Source of the DNA: Eledone cirrhosa
Taxonomy: Eukaryota
Length of the DNA: 64,000 bases
Assembly (NCBI GenBank): GCA_964016885.1
Contig: OZ024740.1
Location: 255,874,001-255,938,000 of the forward strand
Direction of reading: 5' to 3'
The notes beneath the pieces were generated by a model. The model made no database searches, had not been told where the DNA came from, and saw nothing but the letters and a program-made list of their open reading frames with translations. The position numbers and the translations under genes are program-made. This document shows, piece by piece, positions 12,956-25,379 of this stretch (position 1 is the first letter of the stretch; each line of letters starts with the position of its first letter).

Positions 12956-13458
12956 ATATATATATAATATGATGCTTATGTTTCTCAGTAAAAAAGCTCA
13001 ATGGATATTTGCTCAGAGCATCAATCATTCGGAACCCAACAGATATAAATGTATTTTGTATCTATACTCTATTGGAACTTATCCGAAGACGAATTTCTTT
13101 GATAATTGGTTCGCGTCTCCCGTAGCTTTACCAAAATCGATAGTTTGTGGTCGATGATCGATTGGTTAGATAAATTTCTGTTACGGTTTACGCACCATGA
13201 AATGGTACCATAAAGAACACAAGAACTTTTCCACCTTTAGTACTTATTGTTTCCTAAATATTATGTGCTCTATATATGTACAAAATCCTATGTGTTCCTC
13301 AAACGATATATGGCTCTTTATTTCTCTGTATATATATATATACAAATATCTTTTAATTTGAATTATATGTATATTTATACATACATACATACATACATTA
13401 TTACATACATTATTACATACATTATTACATACATTATACATAAATTATTATCAGAGCT

Positions 13459-15060
13459 ATAGAGAAGCTGTCTTCTTCTTGGGCTACAATCCTAAAGTTA
13501 AACACAGAGAAGGGGGACTTTATTTTCACTGATAAAATAAAATATCGCAGAGGTATATTTCAGGGAGACAGTCTCTCTGAGATATTATTTATCCTGTCAT
13601 TAAACCCCTTGTCCTTTCTGCTCAAGAAATGTGAGGGATACATCATTGGCTCACAGGAGGACAGGAATACGAACCTAACCCATAATTTCTTTGTGGATGA
13701 TCTGAAACTCTATGCTAAGAACATGGATGGGATGAAGAAAAATCTTAACCTGGTTACAACATTCTCAAAGGATATATACTTGAAACGTAAGCAGGGAGGT
13801 AGAGGCCTAACATCAGTCCAGACATCATTTGAATACCGCATCATATTCCCCCGACAACATTCGAAGCGTAGAAGCCCATCTATCAAGCAAGTCTATCTGC
13901 ATGAGACAGATAAGATCGTGAGAGTTGGGAAGGAACTCCTTGAGAGATATTCCCTGTGTGATAATCAAAAACTGACACCCAGGGAAGTTGCCCAGCAGTA
14001 CCGCAGTGAATCCATGGATGAAAAACTACATGCTTATCAGCAAAAAATCATGCATGGATATGTTGCCAGGAAGCTCCAGAGTGAAGGTAATATAGATAAA
14101 GAAAGTAGTCTATATTGGCTCCCACTTTGAAGGATACGCTTTTGCAATCCAAGAACAGGAAATCAACACAAAATACCTGAATCACAAAAGAGATAGGGAT
14201 GCAGGCAAAACACCTAGATGTGATAACAAGTGCAGACTCTGCAGAATTAACATCGAAGATGTCACCAATGTCATAAGCAGCTGTCTAAAGATGTCATCGC
14301 GGTACTATCTACCTATGAGGCATGATCTAGTGGCCAAAACACTGTACAATGCAATCCGTTGAAAAGATAGCCCTAATAATAAACACATTAAAAACTACAG
14401 CAATGTGGAAGACATACGTATACATAATATGAAAGAGTACTGGTGGAATGTTCCAGTAAAAACCCCCAATAAAATGCAGACATAACTGACAAGATATAAT
14501 GATATGGGACAGGGGAAAGAAGGCATGCACCGTAGTGGAAGTTGGCTGCCCAGAAGATGCCAATATAATATCAAAGATTAACGAAAAGGAGAATATTTAT
14601 GCAGAACTAATGAGAAATCTGCAGATACTCCACCCTGATTCTACCTTCAGATTTACGCCTGTGATTATTGGGGTACGGGGATGTGTTAGTAACTGCCTCA
14701 AAACAAATCTTGAGAAGCTGGGCTTCACAGGAACAGAAAGAACACAACTAGTTAGGAAATTACAAGTACAATCCATTAATGGAACAGTAAAAATATGTAA
14801 AACATTCCAACCATTTTGCATCTAATAACTCATATACATATCTACAGATACAAAGCATATACACATGCACACATACAACTCAAAAACCCCCATCCACACA
14901 TACAATAACATCCATCCATACCTATAAATGCATGCAGATATGCATACATATCTACCTAGTTGATGTTGTGTAAATTCCAATGAGAGAGTCTTGTAACTAT
15001 GTTAGAAACCGACTCTCTCTCTATTGGCAAACATTTGTGAAATTATAAAACCAGAAGAAC
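13459..15060 (+). mobile_element. R4/Dong-like non-LTR retrotransposon, 5'-truncated and internally deleted (copy A)
   Basis: RGIFQGDSLS, FFVDDLKLY, GGRGL, CRLC..H..SSC knuckle region, REL-type DIMIWD..VVEVGCP..KENIY; followed by (TACA)n. Confidence 0.88.
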
Positions 15061-15067
15061 ATACATA

Positions 15068-15378
15068 CATGATTGCTGCCCTCTCGTTATCGAGCATGGC
15101 CATTGCATGATATACCATTATTAATTATTATTATCAATTAATGCCATCGTGCAATGCCTGTGCGTGAACATTTTTTTAAAGTGGGGAAAGACTGTGCACT
15201 AAGCCAATCCGACTCTCTTAGCGACAGTAGCTATAACCCGAAAAGAAGAAAAGATCAACATCATCGGTAACTACTGAGCCGCAGGTTTTATATCGGCGTT
15301 ATCCCAGTTTCCTGAGTTGCCTTCTCCTAGAAGAATGCCCTGACAAAGGCTAGGGGTCCTTCACTCCCAGTGGTTGAA
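15068..15378 (-). mobile_element. RTE-like non-autonomous repeat with (TATG)n tail, related to 50570-51013
   Basis: Reverse complement has cccctagcctttgtcagggca..tctaggagaaggcaactc and 3' end tggccatgctcgataacgagagggcagcaatc-atgtatg. Confidence 0.65.
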
Positions 15379-15439
15379 CCGCGCTGTACATGTGTATATA
15401 CTTATTGTTTTAATGATAGACGCCCCAATCCTACCATAA

Positions 15440-15557
15440 AATGAAATGTTAAATAAAGTGCCTTGCACAAGAATACAACTCGACACCTGCTCCAGATTTG
15501 AAGTCAACAACTTATAATCGTGAGTTAAACACCAACCACTAGCCCAAGCGCCTTCAC
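15440..15557 (-). mobile_element. tRNA-derived SINE fragment
   Basis: Minus strand gaaggcgcttgggctagtggtt..gacttcaaatc (A/B-box-like) followed by ttcttgtgcaaggcactttatttaacatt. Confidence 0.55.
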
Positions 15558-16765
15558 ATTTCTTAAATGTATGAATATTTAATAAGGACACTTTTTTTTG
15601 TCTGTTTGAACTTTAACACACTAGATTAGTGTATTCAAAATACAGTTACCATTTAGTGGGTAATTGCCTAAAGGAAGAGAGTATGTTATCATGGTTTTTA
15701 AAGGTTCTGGAAGTAAAATGGCTAATAGAACACGAATCATTTTAGAACAATAAGCGAAGTTCTGAAATTATATTGATCTGCCCTAGAACTACGTATTAGT
15801 CTATTTTTATTCCGTTGGGATTTTAATATAGAAGACGTGTAAAAACCTGTGTATTTATGTATAGTTGCAATGAGCATCATACATAACAACTTCAACAAAT
15901 TGGTCGAATATCTACATATCCAAACAGATAACTTCATTAAGTGTCACCATTTCAATAAATATTTCCTAAAACTCTGGTGGATTATGCCATCACATGGGTG
16001 AAGCAATTAATGGTTAACTATTTAGCATACTCTTTCTGTCCACCTTTGATTTCAACCTACTATGGGATACTCCTTACCTCTGTATTTTCTATCATTTACA
16101 CCGCTAATTCCAACTAGTAGCTCACTCTACCATACTAGAATACATACATTGGCACTTTTATAATTTCAGTTTATTGATTTTTCTCACCTTGTTGTCGACT
16201 ACTATTTTCTTTAAAATAGCACTGACCTCTATGAATTAAAAGACAAAAGAATATGATATAAATGTGTGTGAAGTAACTGTCACAGTAAAACGCGATAATT
16301 TTCTTTTAATGTAAACCAAAGGTTCTCAACGGGGGCGTTTCGGAACCCCAGGGGAGCGTTTTGGTGCAAGGAGGCGTTGGGGGGGGGGGGCGTTTGAGGA
16401 TTTGGGGGGCGCTGGGATCCCCTTTAGTTTGGTAAGTTTTATAAGTCATATTTGTACGTCTCTTAGACAGCCAGTGTAAATGCATTTGAATGAAGAAAAC
16501 GAAGGAAATATATAAAAGCTTGTCAACGAATTCCCTAGGGAGATAAAAGAAAAACAAAAGAAATCAAAGAGAATGAACATAAGGACGTCAACTTTGACAA
16601 CAGTTACAAGAACAACTTCAACAGAAATGACAACAAAAAGAAGCAATGGTGATGAAAGGTGTGGGTGTATACATATACATACATACAAACGTACACACAC
16701 ATGCATACGTACATACATACATATATACATACATACACGCACACACACGCACACATACACACACA

Positions 16766-16808
<43 letters not shown>

Positions 16809-16952
16809 ACACAGGCCTGCGTTAGTGTTTGATGAGGTTGAGAACCTGGTCAGCTTTCAGCCAGAGCTGTGGCATTTAATCTCCCTAGGTAATAAAATCT
16901 GGAGACAGAATTTTCTCAGTACAAAAAAAAAAAAAAAAAAAATCATGTCAAC

Positions 16953-17158
16953 ATCCTCACACACTTAAATATAAATGCATGTATATATACGAATGTATAA
17001 ATGCATAGCTATATACATACGTAAATGTATGTATGTATCTATGTAGATTTATATATATATATATATATATAAATCTACATACATACATTTAAGTATGTAT
17101 ATAGCTATGCATTTATACATTTGTATATATATACAAGCACTTATATTTAAGTGTGTGA

Positions 17159-17162
<4 letters not shown>
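16953..17162. repeat. Palindrome centred on a (TA)n tract
   Basis: atcctcacacacttaaatata..gtagattt(AT)n aaatctac..tatatttaagtgtgtgaggat. Confidence 0.85.
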
Positions 17163-17200
<38 letters not shown>

Positions 17201-17269
17201 TATGAAGAGAGAAGAAACATTTAGATATAATTAGTAATAAAATGTATCATACCTAAACTGTTCCTAAAT

Positions 17270-17357
17270 TCCTCGACTACGTAGTTTCGTGGCATAAACA
17301 AAAACAATATATCAAAGATATAGAGTCCTTGCGAGGTCTGCCGACTTATCAAGAGGA
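17270..17357 (-). ncRNA. Hammerhead ribozyme with U3:A8 covariant core
   Basis: TCCTC-TTGATAA-GTcGGCA...TGCCAC-GAAA-CTACGTAG-TC-GAGGA. Confidence 0.8.
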
Positions 17358-17860
17358 TACCTCATTTTACTAGTCTCAAGAACGCGTCTACACGACGTGA
17401 GAAAAAATCCCAAAAGGCGGAGGGGGAGACAGTCACGCGATATAACGGTCGAGAAACAGAGCTAAGCCTCTTATAACCACGAAGAAAATACCACGGAGGC
17501 GGAGGGGGTATTCATATCGAGGCCGTAGAAGAGGTAGTGAAGAAGGCGAGAAGTATGAGTAATGGAAGCTTTCCAGTTGTCCCCACACTTCAAAGATTGC
17601 TCGACCAGAGGGAGTTATTAATATATTTAGAAACACACAGATACATGCGGACACACACATATATACATGAATGCATCCGCACCCAACTGTGAGTTAAGGG
17701 TGCCAACTTCACCGATGTTGCTCAATGAATGACTGGGACAGATTAATTCAGTTTGAACCAGACTGAACCAGTATCAGAGTTAAAAATACATTATGAAGAG
17801 AGAAGAAACATTTAGATATAATTAGTAATAAAATGTATCATACCTAAACTGTTCCTAAAT

Positions 17861-17948
17861 TCCTCGACTACGTAGTTTCGTGGCATAAACAAAAACAATA
17901 TATCAAAGATATAGAGTCCTTGCGAGGTCTGCCGACTTATCAAGAGGA
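17861..17948 (-). ncRNA. Hammerhead ribozyme with U3:A8 covariant core (copy 2)
   Basis: Same sequence as 17270-17357. Confidence 0.8.
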
Positions 17949-18224
17949 TACCTCATTTTACTAGTCTCAAGAACGCGTCTACACGACGTGAGAAAAAATC
18001 CCAAAAGGCGGAGGGGGAGACAGTCACGCGATATAACGGTCGAGAAACAGAGCTAAGCCTCTTATAACCACGAAGAAAATACCACGGAGGCGGAGGGGGT
18101 ATTCATATCGAGGCCGTAGAAGAGGTAGTGAAGAAGGCGAGAAGTATGAGTAATGGAAGCTTTCCAGTTGTCCCCACACTTCAGGTGTGTGTATATATAT
18201 ATATGCATGCATGTCCGCACAAGT

Positions 18225-18295
<71 letters not shown>

Positions 18296-18300
<5 letters not shown>

Positions 18301-19072
18301 ACTTGTGCGGACATGCATGCATATATATATATACACACACCTGTATGGATTTGTGTGTGTAGATGTGTGAGTGTTTGAGGGGGTAGGTGTGAGTGTATGT
18401 ACAAGTGAACCAGCATAAACCTTTTATTTCTAAATTTTTTTCTAAATTTTCTAAACTATCTAAGTATTGGACTCTATCTAAGTATTGGACTCTAACCATT
18501 ATATTAAGTATTACCACCCCACTTTTTGTATGTGTGGATGTGTGTGTGTGTCTGTGGGGGTGGGTGTGAGTGTAGTGCAAGCCAACCTACATAAGTTTTT
18601 TTATTTGTAAACTTTCTACTCCAACCATAATTTTCAGTAGCACCACTCCACATAAATTCCTCAATTTAAGAATGACCTGTAGTATCTATTTCATACTATT
18701 AACCTTAATTGAATATATATCTGACCAAGAATGCCTTTTGTGAAAATCAGTCATGTGGAACTATTGTCATCTTGCCTGACGGTTTGAACCTTACAGAACC
18801 ACCTGCCTCTTTGAGGTCAAATACCAACCTACTACCATCTACAAACTGACCAATGAGAATCAAGACCATTCCTGCTGACAACATCAAATTATTCCTAACA
18901 AGCTCATATGTCCCAAGGCTCTGATACCATCAACATTATACACACAGAGCTGGCATATCTAAGAACTGACTAACTGCCTGATGAGGTCATAGCCATTCAA
19001 TGGCTATCATCGAAATATATATAGCAGTAAATAAAGGATTATGAGTTCATGCAATTGATTATGTTTCGTCAC
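18296..19072 (+). repeat. Upstream pseudo-LTR of the Penelope-like element
   Basis: Direct repeat of 23693-24436 with a few substitutions and indels; contains a hammerhead. Confidence 0.88.
18973..19028 (+). ncRNA. Hammerhead ribozyme in pLTR
   Basis: ACTGC-CTGATGA-GGTcATAGCCAT(TCA)ATGGCTATcATC-GAAA-TATATA-TA-GCAGT. Confidence 0.85.
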
Positions 19073-19216
19073 CCTTATAACTCCGGAACTTATATCTTCG
19101 TTGAGTGCTACCTATCCGCATACTGAAGTACTGGATTTTACCAACACTTAGTTTCTTGCTTACCCCATGCTCCACACCCTGTTGAGCGCTTCATACAGTA
19201 GCGGACCGCAGCCAAT

Positions 19217-21869
19217 ATGAATAAATTCACCACTCTGGCATCACTGAAGGACATCCCATTACCGGGTAAAAGAGAATACACAAAGAATCTCACTAAGAGT
19301 ACTGACTCCCTAATACGCAGGATGAGGTGGGTGGCTTACGACTTTGATAGAGGAAACCCCAATATTAATAACCAAAAAACCAAGGAGTGCCTCATCAGAT
19401 CAAGAAGAACCCCCACCCCCCACCCCACAACAGACTATTGGAAGAATTTGAGAACGAAATGATTGGCATCATTTCCAACATCAAATTTTCCGACCAACCA
19501 TACCGGGGTGGAGAGTACCTTAGACGACTGGAAAATGGAATTACCGAGCTTAAGGAATCTACAGGAATACTCCTTCATGCCGACAAAACCAACAACCTTT
19601 ACAGCATGGACGTTCAACTTTACCATGAGCTAATCCTCAGGGAATTGAGAAAAGGCTACAAAAAAAACGCCCGAGGCCACCCTGGAGGATATCAACATCA
19701 AGGCTTATGAGATCGTTTCTGGTCTTGGTATAGATGATAGGACGGCCCCATACCAACCAAGGGAGCCGAGGATTATCATTAAGCACCACAAACCAAACTT
19801 CGAGTCTGACCTGCAGGTCAGACTGATAACCCCCTCCCGGTCAGACATGGGGGTTATTAGCAAAAGCATTTTAGATAGAATCCTGCCCACACTTAAGAGT
19901 AAAATAAGGTTACAACTCTGGTCCTGCACCAGCCAGGTGCCGGACTGGTTTACATTTTTACCTGAAAAACATAGGACTAGCTTCATACAACTAGACATCA
20001 ATAATTACTACTCCTCTATCTCGCCCATAGTCCTGAACAAGGCACTCATATTCGCGATGAATAGGACAGACCTAACACGCGACGAGGTCCGAATCATACA
20101 CGCCGCCAGAAAGACCCTGATCCGATTCGATAGGGACATATAGACCCGGAGCGACTGGCCAAATAATTTTGACATTACAATGGGTTCCAGTCACTCCGCG
20201 CCGCTAACGGACTTGGTTTGGATATACATACTCTACGAGATCAGGAGGGAAATACCCAACCTGGGTGGCGGGCTGTACCGAGACGACGCACTCTTCACCG
20301 TAGTGGACCACAGCACCACAATGGTTGAAAATATGAAGAGGAGAATTAAGCACTTCTTTAGCAAGGTAGGACTTAAGGTAGAGATGGAACCCAATAGAAA
20401 AGTAGTGAATTTCCTGGACACCACCCTCAACCTCAACACCAAGCTACACCACCCATATCATAAACCCAATGAGAAGCTGTTGTATATCAACGCTGAGTCT
20501 AATCACCCTAGATCTATAGTTAAGGCCGTAGTTAAGAGTGTCTCTGACAGGATCTCTAACTTGTCGGCCAATAAAGAGATCTTCAATAGTAACGCTGATT
20601 ACTATAACTCAGCTCTAGCTAAGGCGTCCCACAGCGATAGGATCAGCTATAACCCTAAGGGACATGATCGAGATGACCCAAGGGTACCCCGGACCAATAC
20701 CCCCAGGGGCATGAGTCGCCCACCTAATACCTCGGTGACCAGTAGTAACACTCCCAGACCCCTATCCGTCACCACACCCGGTAGAAGGTCCCGCATACGC
20801 CACCGGTCTAATATCTACAACGCTGAAGTCCGCTGTGCTGCGGAGCATAGGCACCCCTCCACCGGCCCCACCACCCGCCGAATCTTAATTGAGCAGGGAG
20901 GCCGCACCTCGCAGGTTTATAGCCCCACGGTGGGCCTATATAACCCTCATGATAGTGACCGCTCCGCACACCCAAGTGACACACCGAGCTCGACCTGAGC
21001 TGTGCACAACCACGCGATGGCCCACGGCGGACACCCAACAACCCCGCAAGAATAGGACCAGGACGGTCACATGGTATAACCCTCCGTACTCGGTGGGTCT
21101 ACGTACCAGCCTGGCTAGAACATTCTTTAGAGTACTGGATATATGTTTCTCTAGGTCCCATAAGTACCATAAAATATTCAACAGGCACACGGTGAAACTT
21201 TCCTACTCAACCGCACGCTCCGTAGCCCAGCACATAGCTGGCATAAATAGGAATAGGCTCACTGCCTCTAATACCACCGTAAACCCCGGAGCCACCCAAC
21301 AGAACCAGCACGCGGGACGCATCGGAACCCGGACAGGCCCAACTAGCACACCCGAACTCAACGACCCTGTGCTGATTGCGGAGGCTACCCAGGAAACCCC
21401 GAGTGATGCTAACCACGCGGTACGTGTGGTGGGGCTTAAGAAGTCATGTAATTGCAGAGACCCATCGCTACGCCCCCTTAGTAATGAATGCATGACCAAA
21501 AACGTGGTCTACAGGTGCAAGGTCACAACCCCTAACTCAGAGCACCACTACATAGGATCCACAGCGACGAGCTTCAAAGCTCAGTGGTATAATCATCGCC
21601 ATTCCTTTAACAGAATAGATAAGAGGAAATGTACGGCCCTTTCTGAATTGATCTGTAAGCTCAAACTTGAAAAAACCCCGCACTCTCTGGTCTGGTCCGT
21701 GGTTAGAAAGGTTCCCCCAGACAGAGGCGGGTCTGGTATTTGCAACCTCTGTCTTAGTGAGACACTCGAGATTCTTCATGGCGGAACCAAGCTACTAAAC
21801 AGAAGGGCCGACTTATTCGGTGCCTGCGGACACGTAAGGACGGGAATTTTCCTCAAGCTATATGGATAA
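19217..21869 (+). pseudogene. Near full-length Penelope-like RT/GIY-YIG ORF with frameshifts and a stop
   Basis: SLKDIPLP..IRRMRW; ADKTNNLY; FIQLDINNYYSSI; MGS; GLYRDD; VNFLD; SNHP; VTWYNPPYS; CNCR; VVYRC..YIGST; CNLC..LLNRR. Confidence 0.93.
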
Positions 21870-22413
21870 ACCCCGGTTACGGCCTCCCACAATCCCCCCG
21901 CCCGGGTAGGTCCCCTACACCCCGTACCAATGACCAATGTACAACAACAACCACCCATGGTTTGCGGTCCCTATGGTGGATGGTCCACCGGATCCTCTAC
22001 GGGTTAGGAATCATCTAAACAATGTTTTATTGAACCTGGTTTATTATATATATGTATATATGTATCATGTGTATATATATGTGTATTTTATATGTGTATG
22101 TATGCGTATTTTATATATGTGTGCGTATCTGTATGTATATATTTTATATATATATGTGTGTATGTGTGTGAGTATTTTATATATATATATATATATATAT
22201 GTTTTACGTGTGTATATATTTTGTGTGTGTGTGTATTCTATGTACATATATATATATTTTATATTTTTGTATGTATATATTTTATATATATATATGTTCT
22301 GTGTATATATATATATATATTATATATATTAAGATAAGCAGAACAAGTAAAATTCAATCAATTTTTCAAAATACATTAAAAAATATAATATAAATATTTA
22401 CCTCTTCTAGTGG

Positions 22414-22492
22414 CCCTTACTGATCAGTTTCGCTTTGTAAAACCTCATAAATCCGATGGATTTATGATGGAAAACCGAAGCTCATCAGAGAA
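22414..22492 (-). ncRNA. Hammerhead ribozyme (array unit 1)
   Basis: TTCT-CTGATGA-GCTT..TCATAAATCC(ATC)GGATTTATGA..AAGC-GAAA-CTGATCAG-TA-AGGG. Confidence 0.85.
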
Positions 22493-22897
22493 GCATTTTC
22501 CCTTCCTAGGGCTAAACGTCCCAGGAACGACAAAATATACAACCTCCTGCCAGCTAATAAAGGTCTGAAAGGTCGTAAAAGTGACCCGTATGTAAACTGG
22601 ACCGAAGTAAAAGCGGGAAAATCAAAGACTTGCTGTCTACAATTACTACTAAAAAAATAGCAGCCAAGTAGAGCAACAGATTTGTTCTCAACGGACGGAG
22701 AAAAGGTAGAAGTTAATATGTCCAGGGATACTAGGTACCCCTAGAAATACATAGGTTGTCTATGATTCAAGGTTGTTCAATGGTGTTAATTTGATACACC
22801 AGAACTTTAATATTAAGATAAGCAGAACAAGTAAAATTCAATCAATTTTTCAAAATACATTAAAAAATATAATATAAATATTTACCTCTTCTAGTGG

Positions 22898-22976
22898 CCC
22901 TTACTGATCAGTTTCGCTTTGTAAAACCTCATAAATCCGATGGATTTATGATGGAAAACCGAAGCTCATCAGAGAA
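22898..22976 (-). ncRNA. Hammerhead ribozyme (array unit 2)
   Basis: Same as unit 1. Confidence 0.85.
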
Positions 22977-23382
22977 GCATTTTCCCTTCCTAGGGCTAAA
23001 CGTCCCAGGAACGACAAAATATACAACCTCCTGCCAGCTAATAAAGGTCTGAAAGGTCGTAAAAGTGACCCGTATGTAAACTGGACCGAAGTAAAAGCGG
23101 GAAAATCAAAGACTTGCTGTCTACAATTACTACTAGAAAAATAGCAGCCAAGTAGAGCAATAGATTTGTTCTCAACGGACGGAGAAAAAGGTAGAAGTTA
23201 ATATGTCCAGGGATACTAGGTACCCCTAGAAATACATAGGTTGTCTATGATTCAAGGTTGTTCAATGGTGTTAATTTGATACACCAGAACTTTAATATTA
23301 AGATAAGCAGAACAAGTAAAATTCAATCAATTTTTCAAAATACATTAAAAAATATAATATAAATATTTACCTCTTCTAGTGG

Positions 23383-23461
23383 CCCTTACTGATCAGTTTC
23401 GCTTTGTAAAACCTCATAAATCCGATGGATTTATGATGGAAAACCGAAGCTCATCAGAGAA
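23383..23461 (-). ncRNA. Hammerhead ribozyme (array unit 3)
   Basis: Same as unit 1. Confidence 0.85.
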
Positions 23462-23692
23462 GCATTTTCCCTTCCTAGGGCTAAACGTCCCAGGAACGAC
23501 AAAATATACAACCTCCTGCCAGCTAATAAAGGTCTGAAAGGTCGTAAAAGTGACCCGTATGTAAACTGGACCGAAGTAAAAGCGGGAAAATCAAAGACTT
23601 GCTGTCTACAATTACTACTAAAAAAATAGCAGCCAAGTAGAGCAACAGATTTGTTCTCAACGGACGGAGAAAAAGGTAGAAGTTAATATGTC

Positions 23693-24436
23693 GTATATTT
23701 GTGCGTACATCCATGCATGCATATATATATATATACACACCTGTATGGATTTGTGGGTGTAGATGTGTGAGTGTTTGAGGGGGTAGGTGTGAGTGTATGT
23801 ACAAGTGAATCAGCATAAACCTTTTATTTCTAATTTTTTTTTCTAAATTTTTCTAAACTATCTAAGTATTGGACTCTAACCATTATATTAAGTATTACCA
23901 CCCCACTTTTTGTATGTGTGGATGTGTGTGTGTGTGTCTGTGGGGGTGGGTGTGAGTGTAGTGCAAGCCAACCTACATAAGTTTTTTTATTTGTAAACTT
24001 TCTACTCCAACCATAATTTTCAGTAACACCACTCCACATAAATTCCTCAATTTAAGAATGACCTGTAGTATCTATTTCATACTATTAACCTTATTTGAAA
24101 ATATATCTGACCAAGAATGCCTTTTGTGAAAATCAGTCATGTGGAACTATTGTCATCCTGTCTGACGGTTTCTTTGAGGTCAAATACCAACCTACTACCA
24201 TCTACAAACTGACCAATGAGAATCAAGACAATTCCTGCTGACAACATCAAAGTATTCCTAACAAGCTCATATGTCCCAAGGCTCTGGTACCATCAACACT
24301 ATACACACAGAGCTGGCATATCTAAGAACTGACTAACTGCCTGATGAGGTCATAGACATTCAATGGCTATCATCGAAATATATATAGCAGTAAATAAAGG
24401 ATTATGAGTTCATGCAATTGACTTATGTTTCGTCAC
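23693..24436 (+). repeat. Downstream pseudo-LTR of the Penelope-like element
   Basis: Direct repeat of 18296-19072; ends ttatgtttcgtcac then (TA)n. Confidence 0.88.
24336..24391 (+). ncRNA. Hammerhead ribozyme in pLTR
   Basis: As 18973-19028 with one stem II substitution. Confidence 0.83.
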
Positions 24437-25379
24437 TATATATATATATATATATAATATTATAAAGCTGAGTGTCGTGTGTATGTATTACACACCTCCC
24501 TATACTTTCTTAGCTTTACTCTCTCCGTCGGTCTTCCCTCTCTCTATAAGAGATCATTCCCCCTCTCTATAATTTAACTGCTTTACTCTCCCTCTGTCGC
24601 TCTTCAATCTCTAATATTCTAAAGCTGAGCGTCGACTCTCTCTCCCTCTTTTACCCTCTCTATAATTTAACTGCTTTACTCCCTGTCTCTCTTCACTCTC
24701 TATATGATAACACTCTTTTACTTTCCGTATCTACCTTCAATATATCAATATATACCCAGGTTCTGCTGTACGTCTGGCTGAGGGGGTCAAACACCTCAAA
24801 TACCGCTCGCTCTCCGACAGGTTTGCGGTCGTACCCTTGGCAGTGGACACTTCTGGTGTCCTCGGCCCCAAAGTTACCTCCTTACTCACCACCATATGCG
24901 CTGAGCTGGCCAGCCGCAGGTGTGAGCCCCGCAAGTTGGAGTGGCTTTAGTCTCCTTTGCCGTCCTCCGGAGAAACGCCTTCTCCATTCTGTCCACCGGG
25001 GCTGTGGGGGGGGGCCCCATCACGTACCGTTGTAGTTGTTGTATACAGATATTAACTCATCAACCCCATTATTTATATCATATATCAACATAGAGATGAG
25101 CATCGTATGTGTGTTTATTTCAAAATGATAACCTCCTTCAAATTCGGTCAACACACAAGCAGGTAATACATACATCAAAGGCAACCCTCTTAGATAGAGA
25201 GAGAGTGAAAGAGACAGATTAGGAAAACTACACACACACATCTAAAGAGAGAGAGAGAGGACAGAGAGAGAGAGAGAGAGAGGGGGAGGGAGAGAAACAG
25301 GGAATGAGAAACAGAGGGACGGGCAAGAAGGTAATACATACGTCTAAAAGCATTTGGATACAAATATCATAATATAATT

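Larger units (their letters stand above)
17196..18182 (-). repeat. Non-coding tandem repeat, 591-bp period, about 1.7 copies, one hammerhead per unit
   Basis: tacattatgaagagagaagaaac...tccccacacttca appears twice, apparently identical. Confidence 0.92.
22327..23692 (-). repeat. Non-coding tandem array, 484/485-bp unit, about 2.8 copies, one hammerhead per unit
   Basis: aagataagcagaacaag at 22331, 22815 and 23300; units differ by only a few bases. Confidence 0.95.

Noticed and set aside
13175-13215. Hammerhead-like remnant (GAAA-TGGTACCA-TA)
   Set aside because: 5' core reads CTGTTAC; too decayed to list as a feature
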